Source of the DNA: Gemmatimonadota bacterium
GTDB lineage: Bacteria > Gemmatimonadota > Gemmatimonadetes > Gemmatimonadales > GWC2-71-9
NCBI GenBank assembly: GCA_003222205.1
Contig: QHVC01000046.1
Span: 1-49,628 of the forward strand
Direction: 5' to 3'
DNA: 49,628 bases
The first letter of the stretch is position 1. Every line of letters begins with the position of its first letter. Position numbers and translations under genes: made by a program. Below the pieces are notes generated by a model, which did no database searches, was not told the DNA's origin, and was given only the letters and a program-made list of their open reading frames with translations. Positions 11,123-19,609 of the stretch are shown one piece after another.

Positions 11123-12433
11123 ATGGCATCGACGTTCTGCGTCTCCGGCGGGCGCCCGCTCCAGGGGACGATACGGCCCGCCGGCAACAAGAACGCCGCC
11201 CTTCCCATTCTCGCCGCGACGCTGATCGCCGACGGTCCGTGCCGTCTCGAGAATGTTCCCCGCATCCGCGACGTCGAGACGATGCTGGGGTTGCTCACGC
11301 ACCTCGGCGCCGTGGTGGAATGGTCCGGTCCCAACGCCGTCACCGTCGACGCGCGGCCCGCCACTCCGCGCGAGCTGGATCCGCAGCTATGCGCGCGCAT
11401 CCGCGCGTCGATCCTGCTCGCGGGTCCGATGCTCGCGCGCTTCGGCCGGGTGCAGCTGCCGCCGCCCGGCGGCGACGTCATCGGGCGTCGCCGGGTGGAC
11501 ACGCACTTTCTCGCCCTCGAGCGCCTGGGCGCGGAAGTCGCGGTCGGGGACAGCTACCGGCTGGAGGCGAGCGCGCTCACCGGCGCGGACATCTTCCTCG
11601 ACGAACCGAGCGTCACGGGGACGGAGAACGCACTCATGGCGTCCGTCGCGGCCCGGGGCACGACGGTGCTGCGCAACGCAGCCTCGGAGCCGCATGTCCA
11701 GGACCTCGCGCGCTTTCTCGTCGCCTGCGGCGCTCACATCGACGGCATCGGATCCAACGCGCTGACGGTGCAGGGCGGGCGCCCGCTCGCGGCGCCGGCG
11801 GCGCCGTTCGCCATCGGCCCCGACCACATTGAGGTGGGCTCCTTCATCGGCTTGGCGGCCGTCACCAACGGCGCGGTGACGATCGACGGCGTGCGCGGCG
11901 ACGACCTGCGCGCCACCCTCCTCGCCTTCGACCGCGTCGGTGTGCGTCCGCGGCTCGACGGCACCCGGCTCATCGTCGACGCCGACCAGGAGCGCCGCGT
12001 GCGCCCCGACTTGGGCGGCCACATCCCCAAGCTCGAGGACGGGCCGTGGCCGGCGTTTCCCGCCGACCTCATGTCCATCGCCATCGTCGTGGCGACGCAA
12101 TGCGAGGGCCTGCTGCTCGTGTTCGAGAAGCTGTTCGAATCGCGCCTGTTCTTCGTGGACAAGTTGATTGGGATGGGCGCCCGCATCGTGCTGTGCGACC
12201 CGCATCGCGCGGTGATCGCCGGGCCGGCGCCGCTGCGCGGCGGCGTGGTCGAGAGCCCGGACATTCGGGCGGGCATGGCGATGCTGCTGGCGGCGCTCGC
12301 GTCGCAGGGCGAGTCCACGATCCACAACATCGGCCAGATCGAGCGCGGCTACGAGCGCATCGACGAGCGGCTGCGGGCCCTGGGAGCCCAGATTGAGCGA
12401 ATCGATACAGAGGCTAAGCCGTCTCGACGCTGA
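11123..12433 (+). CDS. murA: UDP-N-acetylglucosamine 1-carboxyvinyltransferase (Asp at the Cys115-equivalent site)
   Basis: KNAALPILAA, RASILLAGP, PGGDVIGRR, SVTGTEN, EPHVQDL, PAFPAD, DIRAG and IERGYE. Confidence 0.96.
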   Translation: MASTFCVSGGRPLQGTIRPAGNKNAALPILAATLIADGPCRLENVPRIRDVETMLGLLTHLGAVVEWSGPNAVTVDARPATPRELDPQLCARIRASILLAGPMLARFGRVQLPPPGGDVIGRRRVDTHFLALERLGAEVAVGDSYRLEASALTGADIFLDEPSVTGTENALMASVAARGTTVLRNAASEPHVQDLARFLVACGAHIDGIGSNALTVQGGRPLAAPAAPFAIGPDHIEVGSFIGLAAVTNGAVTIDGVRGDDLRATLLAFDRVGVRPRLDGTRLIVDADQERRVRPDLGGHIPKLEDGPWPAFPADLMSIAIVVATQCEGLLLVFEKLFESRLFFVDKLIGMGARIVLCDPHRAVIAGPAPLRGGVVESPDIRAGMAMLLAALASQGESTIHNIGQIERGYERIDERLRALGAQIERIDTEAKPSRR

Positions 12434-13196
12434 GACCCCCCCTCCGCGCACTGTCGCGGAGACGCCGGTCGCGGACGCGAGCGTGCCCCGGCTGGAGCTG
12501 CGGGAGTGGGCGGAGCGCTTCGGGCTCGTCGCCGGCGTCACGACGCGCGGTCACGGGTTCAGCCTCGGTCTGTGGAGCGCCGAGAGCGTGGGGCAGGTGA
12601 TGACGCGCTGGCGCGCCTTCCGCGCCGCCCTGCAGGGGTCGTTCCCCGCCGCCGTCCTGAGCCACCAGGTCCATGGCACCGAGGTGCGTTGGCACGACAC
12701 GCCGGCCGACGGCTGGCTGCTGCTCGAGGGCATCGACGGCCATGCGACGGCGCGGCCCGGGTTGCTGCTCACGGTGACGGTCGCGGACTGCATCCCCATC
12801 TATCTGGCCGCACCCCAGAAGGGCGCCGTCGCGCTGCTCCACGCCGGGTGGCGCGGTACCGCCGCCGGCATCCTGGAGCGCGGCGTCGGCGTGCTGCGAC
12901 GGCAGGCGATCGTCAAGTCAGCCGATATTGTAATGCACTGTGGCGTAGGTATTTGCGGTGGCTGCTATGAAGTAGGTTCTGAAGTCGCGGGCGCGCTCAC
13001 CGGGGCGGCGACGTCGGGACCGGTACGCGTGGATCTGCGCGGGCTGCTGGTCGGTCAGGCGCGGGCGCTGGGCATCGAGGCGGTGAGCGTGTCGCCGTGG
13101 TGTACCGCCCACGATCACGAGCGCTTCTTTTCGCACCGGGCCTCGCGTGGCGGCGACGGCCGGCAATGCGCCTACCTGGGTGCCCCCATCGCTTGA
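12393..13196 (+). CDS. pgeF: YfiH/PgeF family purine nucleoside phosphorylase / peptidoglycan editing factor
   Basis: HQVHG, TVADCIPI, HAGWRG, CYEVG and FFSHR motifs. Start codon uncertain. Confidence 0.88.
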   Translation: MSESIQRLSRLDAETPPPRTVAETPVADASVPRLELREWAERFGLVAGVTTRGHGFSLGLWSAESVGQVMTRWRAFRAALQGSFPAAVLSHQVHGTEVRWHDTPADGWLLLEGIDGHATARPGLLLTVTVADCIPIYLAAPQKGAVALLHAGWRGTAAGILERGVGVLRRQAIVKSADIVMHCGVGICGGCYEVGSEVAGALTGAATSGPVRVDLRGLLVGQARALGIEAVSVSPWCTAHDHERFFSHRASRGGDGRQCAYLGAPIA

Positions 13197-13220
13197 CATC
13201 GCCGCAGCGCCGGATACATT
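13193..13220 (+). promoter_or_regulatory. rimP-nusA-infB operon promoter TTGACA-N16-TACATT
   Basis: Consensus -35 overlapping the pgeF stop codon. Confidence 0.6.
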
Positions 13221-13230
13221 CCGCCGTTGC

Positions 13231-13261
13231 AGCGGGCGAAGTCAGGCCCGCGCTTTTTTTT
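13231..13261 (+). terminator. rimP leader attenuator (intrinsic-terminator-like hairpin)
   Basis: GCGGGC-GAAGTCAG-GCCCGC followed by GC and T8, just before the rimP ATG. Position and shape match the known rimP leader. Confidence 0.75.
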
Positions 13262-13263
13262 GC

Positions 13264-13719
13264 ATGCTCACTGAAAGCCTCGAGGAAGCGTTCCGTTCCC
13301 AGCTGGAAGCGCTGGGGCTGGAGCTGGCCGACCTCCGCATCGGCGGTACCTCGCAGCGGCCGCTGGTCCAAGTGCGCATCGAATGGCCGCCCAGTGACCC
13401 GCCGCGGCCGGTGACCGTCGACGATTGCGCCCGGGCGAGCCGGGCCTTGGAGGCCTGGCTGGACCAGGGGGGCCCCCTCGGGCCCCGCTACCTGCTCGAG
13501 GTGTCCAGCCCCGGGCTGGAGCGGCCGCTCAAGTGGCATCGCCACTGGGTGCGCTTCGTGGGCCGGACCATCACGGTCCGGCTCGAGGGGTTGGGCCGGG
13601 TGCGGGCCCGCATCCTGGCCGTGCCCGACGAGGCGACGGTGGTCCTCCAGCCCGAGGGGGGCGCGGAGCGAACGCTGCCGCTGGCGGCGGTACGCGACGC
13701 CCGGCTGGCCGCGGAGTAG
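13264..13719 (+). CDS. rimP: ribosome maturation factor RimP
   Basis: VTVDDCARASR and YLLEVSSPGLERPL; upstream of nusA. Confidence 0.93.
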   Translation: MLTESLEEAFRSQLEALGLELADLRIGGTSQRPLVQVRIEWPPSDPPRPVTVDDCARASRALEAWLDQGGPLGPRYLLEVSSPGLERPLKWHRHWVRFVGRTITVRLEGLGRVRARILAVPDEATVVLQPEGGAERTLPLAAVRDARLAAE

Positions 13720-13720
13720 G

Positions 13721-13750
13721 ACCGACAACCGACAACTGACAACCGAGAAC
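13721..13750. repeat. heptamer tandem repeat x4 (ACCGACA)
   Basis: ACCGACA ACCGACA ACTGACA ACCGAGA fills the rimP-nusA spacer. Confidence 0.85.
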
Positions 13751-13759
13751 CTGTTTCTT

Positions 13760-15187
13760 ATGGCCAACGCCACTGAAGTTGTTTCCGCGATCCGCGAGCT
13801 GACGAATACCAAGCAGCTCGATCGCGCCGAGCTGATCGACTTGCTCAAGGACGGCCTGCACGCCGCCCTCCTCAAGCGCTACGGCCCCAACGTCCGCGCC
13901 GAGATCGCGGTGGACGAGATGAAGGGGACGATCCGCATCGTCGTGCTCAAGACGGTGGTCGAGAACGTCGAAGATCCCGGGACGCAGATCGCCCTCGAGG
14001 AGGCGCGCTTCGAGGATCCCGAGTTCCAGATCGGCGACGTGCTGGAAGAAGAGGTGCCGTTCGCGGAGTTCGGGCGCACCGCGGTGCAGGCCGCGAAGCA
14101 GCGCATCATCCAGCGCGTGCGCGAAGGCGAGCGCACCCGCATCCGCGAGGAGTTCGCCGACAAGGTCGGCGACTTGCTCATGGGCGAGGTGCAGCAGATC
14201 GAGCGGGGCAAGATCGTCGTCATGCTGCAGAAGTTCCGCGAGGCGGAGGCGATCATCCCCTACCGCGAGCAGAACCACCGCGAGCACTTCCACCAGGGCG
14301 ACACGATCCGGGCGGTCCTGAAGCGCATCGAGGAGACGCCCAAGGGCCCGCGCCTCATCCTGTCGCGCGGCGACCCGCTGTTCGTCAAGGCGCTGTTCAA
14401 GCTCGAGGTGCCGGAGATCCAGCAGGCCATCGTGGAGATCCGCGCCACGGCGCGCGAGGCGGGGAGCCGCACCAAGATCGCCGTCGCGAGCCGCGACGAC
14501 GCGATCGATCCCGTGGGCGCGTGCGTCGGGCTCAAGGGCTCCCGCGTGCAGGCGGTCGTGAACGAGCTGGGGGGCGAGCGCATCGACATCGTCCCCTGGT
14601 CGCCCGACCCGGAGCGGTTCGCGAAGCTGTCGCTCGCCCCGGCGCGCGTGGCGCGCGTCTTCTCCGACCCCGACACGCGCACCATCCAGGCGATCGTGGA
14701 CGAGGACCAGTTGTCGCTCGCCATCGGGCGCAACGGGCAAAACGTGCGCCTCGCCTCGGAGCTCACCGGCTGGAAGATCGACCTCTACTCCAGCCGCGAG
14801 TGGCTGGAGCGCGGCGGCGAGGGCCCGCTGTTCGCGCCGCTCCCGCCCGAAGAGGAGAAAGCGGTGAAGGTCGCCCTGACCGAGCTCAAAGGGCTGCCCA
14901 CCGAGCTCGTCGCCGTGTTGGAGCGCAACGGCAAGAAGACGCTCCAGGACATCCTCGACCTGGAGCGCGAGGAGGTCGCCGCGATGGCGGGGATGACCCC
15001 CGAGCTCGCCGACCGGCTGATGGCGTTCTTGAACGAGCTGGTGGACGAGGGGGGCGAGGAGGCACCGCCCGCGGCGGCTGCAGCCGTGGCGCCGGAGCCG
15101 TCGCCTGAACCCTCCCCCGAGCCCTCTGCCGAGGTCCCGGCGGAGCCGCCGCCCCCGCCGCCCGCGCCGCCGGCGGACGCCGAGTGA
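13760..15187 (+). CDS. nusA: transcription termination/antitermination factor NusA
   Basis: FGRTAVQAAKQ, S1 and KH domains, DPVGACVG, SLAIGRNGQNVRLA, and a Pro/Glu-rich tail. Confidence 0.97.
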   Translation: MANATEVVSAIRELTNTKQLDRAELIDLLKDGLHAALLKRYGPNVRAEIAVDEMKGTIRIVVLKTVVENVEDPGTQIALEEARFEDPEFQIGDVLEEEVPFAEFGRTAVQAAKQRIIQRVREGERTRIREEFADKVGDLLMGEVQQIERGKIVVMLQKFREAEAIIPYREQNHREHFHQGDTIRAVLKRIEETPKGPRLILSRGDPLFVKALFKLEVPEIQQAIVEIRATAREAGSRTKIAVASRDDAIDPVGACVGLKGSRVQAVVNELGGERIDIVPWSPDPERFAKLSLAPARVARVFSDPDTRTIQAIVDEDQLSLAIGRNGQNVRLASELTGWKIDLYSSREWLERGGEGPLFAPLPPEEEKAVKVALTELKGLPTELVAVLERNGKKTLQDILDLEREEVAAMAGMTPELADRLMAFLNELVDEGGEEAPPAAAAAVAPEPSPEPSPEPSAEVPAEPPPPPPAPPADAE

Positions 15188-15516
15188 CGGCGCCGGACCG
15201 TCGCCTGGGGCTGTTGGGGCTCGGGCGGCGGGCCGGGACGGTGATCGTGGGCGTCGCGGGCGTGCGCGCTCGACTCCAGGCGGACGGGCTCGCCTGTGTG
15301 GTGTTGGCGGCCGACGCGGGGAAGCGCACGCGGGAGAAGGTCGAGCGGCTGGCGGTGGCGCGGGGGGTGCCGGTGCTGGTAGGGCCGGCCGCGGATCGGT
15401 TGGGCGCCGCGCTGGGGAGTCCCCCGGTGCAGGCGGTGGGCGTCAGCGATGCATCGCTCGCGCGCGGATTGATGACGGCATTCGGAGGAGTAAGTGGGCA
15501 CGACGCGGATTCATGA
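15184..15516 (+). CDS. L7Ae/L30e family RNA-binding protein (YlxQ-like)
   Basis: LGLLGLGRRAG, VVLAAD and LGAALG motifs; sits between nusA and infB. Confidence 0.85.
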   Translation: MTAPDRRLGLLGLGRRAGTVIVGVAGVRARLQADGLACVVLAADAGKRTREKVERLAVARGVPVLVGPAADRLGAALGSPPVQAVGVSDASLARGLMTAFGGVSGHDADS

Positions 15517-18118
15517 TTTGGCGGCGGAGTTCGGGATCTCCAGCGAGCAGCTCATGGGCATGCTCAAGGAGCTCGACATCTTCGTGCGCAGCCACCTGAC
15601 CCCCCTCAAGGAGGAGCAGGTGTCGCTGATGCGCGCGCGCTGGGAGCGCGAGAAGCGGCGCCTCAAGGAGCCGGCGGCCCCCACGACGAAGCGGCGCCGG
15701 GCGGTGAAGGTGGAGGTCGTCCCAGTGGTCGAAGAGGCGCGGCCCAAGCGGCGGCGGCGCACCGCGGCCGAAGTGGCGGCGGCGGAAGCTGAGGCGCAGG
15801 CCGAAGCGGCCCGTCTCGCGGCGGAGGCCGATCTCAAGGCGCAGCAGGTGCTCGAGGCCGAGCGCGTCAAAGAAGAGGAAAAGGCGGCGCCGAGCCTGGA
15901 GGAGCGGGCGGCGGCGCTGTTCAAGGACCTCGCCCCGGCGGCGCCGGTCGAATCGCCGTTCGCGGAAAGCGCTGCCGAGCCGGTGCACGCGTCGGCGCCG
16001 TCGAGTCCTCTGCTGTCCGCGGCCCCGCGGCCCGTGATCCCGACCCCCGTGCGCCCGCGTCCGGTGGCGAGCGCCGCGCCGACCGGCAACGTGCCACCGC
16101 GGCCCGTCGCGTCGGCGGCCCCGGGCGCCATTCCGCTCGAGGAGCGGCGCCGCGACAAGAAGCGCAAGAAAGGCAAGAAGGCGGTCGACCAGGAGGTCAT
16201 CGCCCAGAACATCTCCCGCACGCTCACCTCCATGAAGGGCGCGCCCGCCCGCAAGTCGGGCACCCGCCGCGAGGAAGGCCCGACGTTCCGGGAGGTGCAG
16301 GAAGAGCGGCGCCGTGAGGAGCAGGAACGGGAGAAGACGCGCGTGCGCGTGACGGAGTTCATCACCGTCAGCGAGCTTGCCAACATCCTCAAGGTCCCCC
16401 CCACTCAGCTCGTGACGTTCGCGTTCAAGGAGCTGGGCCAGATGGTGACCATCAACCAGCGGCTCGACTTCGACATGATCGAGCTGATCGCGTCGGCGTT
16501 CGGCTTCCAGGCGGTGCGCGAGCAGGACTACGCCGTCGCCGAGCCGCCGGCCGAGACGGACAAGGCCGAGGACCTGCAGCCGCGGCCGCCCGTCGTCACC
16601 GTGATGGGCCACGTGGACCACGGCAAGACGTCGCTCCTCGACTACGTGCGCAAGACCGACGTCGCGGCGGGCGAGGCCGGGGGCATCACCCAGCACATCG
16701 GCGCGTACCAGGTGACCCGCAAGGACGGGCGGGCGATCACGTTCCTCGACACCCCGGGCCACGAGGCGTTCACCGCGATGCGGGCGCGCGGGGCCCAGGT
16801 GACCGACATCGTCGTGCTGGTCGTCGCGGCGGATGACGCGATCATGCCGCAGACGATCGAAGCGATCTCGCACGCCAAGAACGCGGGCGTGCCGCTCGTC
16901 GTCGCGATCAACAAGATCGATCTCCCCAGCGCCAACCCGCAGAAGGTCAAACAGGACCTGCTCGCCCACGGCGTCGTGCTGGAGGAGTTCGGCGGCACCA
17001 CGCTGTCGACGGCGATCTCGGCCAAGAAAGGCACCAACGTCGAAGAGCTGCTCGACCAGATCCTCCTGCAGGCGGAGCTGCTCGACCTGAAGGCGAACCC
17101 GGCGCGCCGCGCGCAGGGGACCGTGCTGGAAGCGACGCTCGACCCGGGCAAGGGGGCGGTGGCCACGATCCTCGTGCGCACCGGCACCCTGCACGTCGGC
17201 GACGCGTTCATTTGCGGCCGGTTCTATGGTCGCGTGCGCGCGATGTACGACGAGCGCGGCAAGCCCGTCGACGCGGCGCCGCCGTCCGCGCCGGTCCAGG
17301 TGCTCGGCTTCGAGGGCGTCCCCGAGGCTGGCGATTCGTTCCTGGGCATGGCCGACACCAACGAGGCCCGCGACATCGCCCAGAAGCGCCAGCGGCTCGA
17401 GCGCGAGGCGACGCTGCGGCGCAGCGGGCGCGCCAAGACGCTCGAAGACTTCATGGCCGAGCGCGTCGAAGGCGGCGTCGCCGTGCTGCGGCTCATCATC
17501 AAGGCGGACCAGGGCGGCCCGGCCGAGGCGCTGGCCGACGCGCTGGCGCAGCTCTCCACGAGCGAGGTCAAGGTCGAGGTCGTGCACCGCGGCGTGGGCG
17601 CGATCACCGACTCGGACGTCCTGCTGGCCAAGGCCTCGGGCGCGATCATCATCGGGTTCCACGTCCGGCCCGATTCCAACGCGCGCGCCTCCGCCGACCG
17701 CGAGCACGTCGAGATCCGCACCTACCGGATCATCTACGAGGCGGTCGAGGAGGTGCGGTCCGCGATGGCCGGCCTGCTCGCCCCCGAAAAGAAGGAAGTG
17801 GTCCTGGGCGAGGCCGAGATCCGGCAGACGTTCAAGATCGCGAAGGTGGGCACGATCGCGGGGTGCTACGTGCGCAGCGGCGTGATCCCGCGGACGGCCC
17901 GCGTCCGCATCATCCGCGACGGCGTCGAGGTGTACGAGGGGACGATCGCTTCGCTCAAGCGGTTCAAGGACGACGCCCGCGAGGTGCGGGAGGGCTTCGA
18001 GTGCGGCATCGGCATCGAGAACTTCAACGACGTCAAGGTCGGAGACCTGATCGAGGCGTATCGCATCGAGGAGGTCGCGCGCTCGCTCGAGACGGGGAGC
18101 GGCGCCAAGGGGGCGTGA
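15494..18118 (+). CDS. infB: translation initiation factor IF-2
   Basis: RPPVVTVMGHVDHGKT, GGITQHIGAY, DTPGHEAF, NKID and SLKRFKDD..EV..GFECG. Confidence 0.98.
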   Translation: MGTTRIHDLAAEFGISSEQLMGMLKELDIFVRSHLTPLKEEQVSLMRARWEREKRRLKEPAAPTTKRRRAVKVEVVPVVEEARPKRRRRTAAEVAAAEAEAQAEAARLAAEADLKAQQVLEAERVKEEEKAAPSLEERAAALFKDLAPAAPVESPFAESAAEPVHASAPSSPLLSAAPRPVIPTPVRPRPVASAAPTGNVPPRPVASAAPGAIPLEERRRDKKRKKGKKAVDQEVIAQNISRTLTSMKGAPARKSGTRREEGPTFREVQEERRREEQEREKTRVRVTEFITVSELANILKVPPTQLVTFAFKELGQMVTINQRLDFDMIELIASAFGFQAVREQDYAVAEPPAETDKAEDLQPRPPVVTVMGHVDHGKTSLLDYVRKTDVAAGEAGGITQHIGAYQVTRKDGRAITFLDTPGHEAFTAMRARGAQVTDIVVLVVAADDAIMPQTIEAISHAKNAGVPLVVAINKIDLPSANPQKVKQDLLAHGVVLEEFGGTTLSTAISAKKGTNVEELLDQILLQAELLDLKANPARRAQGTVLEATLDPGKGAVATILVRTGTLHVGDAFICGRFYGRVRAMYDERGKPVDAAPPSAPVQVLGFEGVPEAGDSFLGMADTNEARDIAQKRQRLEREATLRRSGRAKTLEDFMAERVEGGVAVLRLIIKADQGGPAEALADALAQLSTSEVKVEVVHRGVGAITDSDVLLAKASGAIIIGFHVRPDSNARASADREHVEIRTYRIIYEAVEEVRSAMAGLLAPEKKEVVLGEAEIRQTFKIAKVGTIAGCYVRSGVIPRTARVRIIRDGVEVYEGTIASLKRFKDDAREVREGFECGIGIENFNDVKVGDLIEAYRIEEVARSLETGSGAKGA

Positions 18119-18121
18119 CCG

Positions 18122-18403
18122 GTGGTCGTCGGCCTCATCACGTGGGAGCTGCATCTGGACGGCTGCCAGTCCCTGAAAGACAAGCGGCAGATCCTGCGCA
18201 GCCTCAAGGACCGGCTGCACCAGCGCTTCAACGTCTCGGCGGCCGAGACCGATCACCAGGATCTGTGGCAGCGCGCCGAGCTGTCCGCGTGCATCGTGAC
18301 CACGGACCGGCGCCACGCCGAGGAGGTCCTGCGCTCGGCGGACCGTCTCGTGGAGGGAGCCAACGGCGCCCGCATCCTCGACACTGCGACCAATTATTTC
18401 TGA
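18122..18403 (+). CDS. DUF503 (YlxP-like) protein
   Basis: SLKDKR...FNVSAAE..HQDLWQRA; canonical position between infB and rbfA. Confidence 0.9.
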   Translation: MVVGLITWELHLDGCQSLKDKRQILRSLKDRLHQRFNVSAAETDHQDLWQRAELSACIVTTDRRHAEEVLRSADRLVEGANGARILDTATNYF

Positions 18404-18404
18404 C

Positions 18405-18761
18405 ATGCGACGCACGAGTTTCCGGCCCGAGCGCGTCGGCGAGCTGATCCGCCAGACGGTGGCGGCGTTCCTCACGGGCGACGTGCGCGACCCGCGCATC
18501 GGCTTCGTGACGGTCACCGGGGTGGAGGTGTCCGCGGATCTCTCCCACGCGGCCGTGCGCGTGAGCGTCATGGGCAGCGAAGAGGAAAAGGCGCGTTCGC
18601 TCGAGGGGCTGGCCAGCGCCGCCGGGTTCCTTCGCGCCCAGCTGGCCCGGCAGCTGACGCTGCGCACCACGCCGGAGCTGCGGTTCCAGCTCGACCGCGG
18701 GCTCGAGCACGCGCAGCAGATCGACCGGGTCCTGAAGGAGCTGAAGGAGCCCGACGCCTGA
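18405..18761 (+). CDS. rbfA: 30S ribosome-binding factor A
   Basis: RPERVGELIR, VRDPRIGFVTVTGVEVSADL, AGFLR and LRTTPELRF. Confidence 0.95.
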   Translation: MRRTSFRPERVGELIRQTVAAFLTGDVRDPRIGFVTVTGVEVSADLSHAAVRVSVMGSEEEKARSLEGLASAAGFLRAQLARQLTLRTTPELRFQLDRGLEHAQQIDRVLKELKEPDA

Positions 18762-19609
18762 CCGGCGGCGTGGCCCTGGTCGCGAAGCCGGCGGGCCCGA
18801 CCTCGCACGATGTCGTGGATCTCGTGCGGCGCGCCCTCGGCACCAGGCGCGTGGGGCACCTGGGGACGCTCGACCCGTTCGCCGCTGGCCTGCTGGTGGT
18901 GGTCGTGGGGCGCGCGACGCGCTTGGCGCCCTACGCCGTCGGCTGGGACAAGGCCTACGAGGGCGTGATCCGGCTCGGGGCGCGCACCGCGACCGACGAC
19001 CCCACCGGCGCCGTGGTGGAGACGTCGGACGTCTGGCGATCCCTCGACCGCGACGCCGTGGCGGCGGCGCTGGGGCGGTTTCGCGGCATCGTGCGGCAGC
19101 GGCCGCCGGATCACTCGGCGGTGAAGGTGCAGGGGGAGCGCGCCTACCGGCGCGCCCGCCGTGGCGAACCCGTGGAGCTGCCGGAGCGCGAAGTGGAATT
19201 CCGCGAGCTGGAGCTGGTCGCGTTCGAGCCGCCGGATGCCCGATTCCGCGCCGTTGTGAGCGGCGGCACGTACCTGCGCAGCCTGGCCCGCGACGTCGGT
19301 GATGCCCTCGGGTGCGGTGCCCACCTCGCGATGCTGCAGCGGACCCGCGTGGGCCCGTTCCGCGTCGAGCAGGCCGTGGCGCCCGAGGCGGTGACGGTCG
19401 AGGGGCTGGTGGACGAGGCGGCGCTCGTCGCCGACCTGCCGCGGCGGGACCTCGACGACGCCGGTCGCGTGGCGGCGGTGCACGGGCGTCCGGTGCCGGC
19501 GGGGCAGGGGGCAGGGGAAAGGGTGGCCCTGTTCGCTGAAGGCCATCTCATCGCCGTGGCGGAGCGGGTCGGCGACCTGCTCAAGCCGCGCGTGGTGGTG
19601 GCGGAATGA
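18758..19609 (+). CDS. truB: tRNA pseudouridine(55) synthase
   Basis: KPAGPTSHDVV, VGHLGTLDPFAAG and SGGTYLRSLARD. Start is either CTG 18758 (overlapping the rbfA stop) or GTG 18770. Confidence 0.93.
   Translation: MTGGVALVAKPAGPTSHDVVDLVRRALGTRRVGHLGTLDPFAAGLLVVVVGRATRLAPYAVGWDKAYEGVIRLGARTATDDPTGAVVETSDVWRSLDRDAVAAALGRFRGIVRQRPPDHSAVKVQGERAYRRARRGEPVELPEREVEFRELELVAFEPPDARFRAVVSGGTYLRSLARDVGDALGCGAHLAMLQRTRVGPFRVEQAVAPEAVTVEGLVDEAALVADLPRRDLDDAGRVAAVHGRPVPAGQGAGERVALFAEGHLIAVAERVGDLLKPRVVVAE

Noticed and set aside
13231-13261. Terminator hairpin immediately before rimP as a novel element
   Set aside because: It matches the already described rimP leader attenuator, so it is listed as a feature only.
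15060-15183. PEPS/Pro-rich repeats at the NusA C-terminus
   Set aside because: This is a protein-level low-complexity tail with varied codons, which is common in NusA.
18116-18124. infB TGA in frame with DUF503
   Set aside because: IF-2 ends at its normal C-terminus and no SECIS-like hairpin is evident.
15443-19546. 1367-aa minus-strand ORF, and similar long antisense ORFs such as 32180..35239, 36281..38161 and 39181..40929
   Set aside because: These are shadows of well-supported plus-strand genes. High GC3 removes antisense stops, and the translations show no recognisable motifs.
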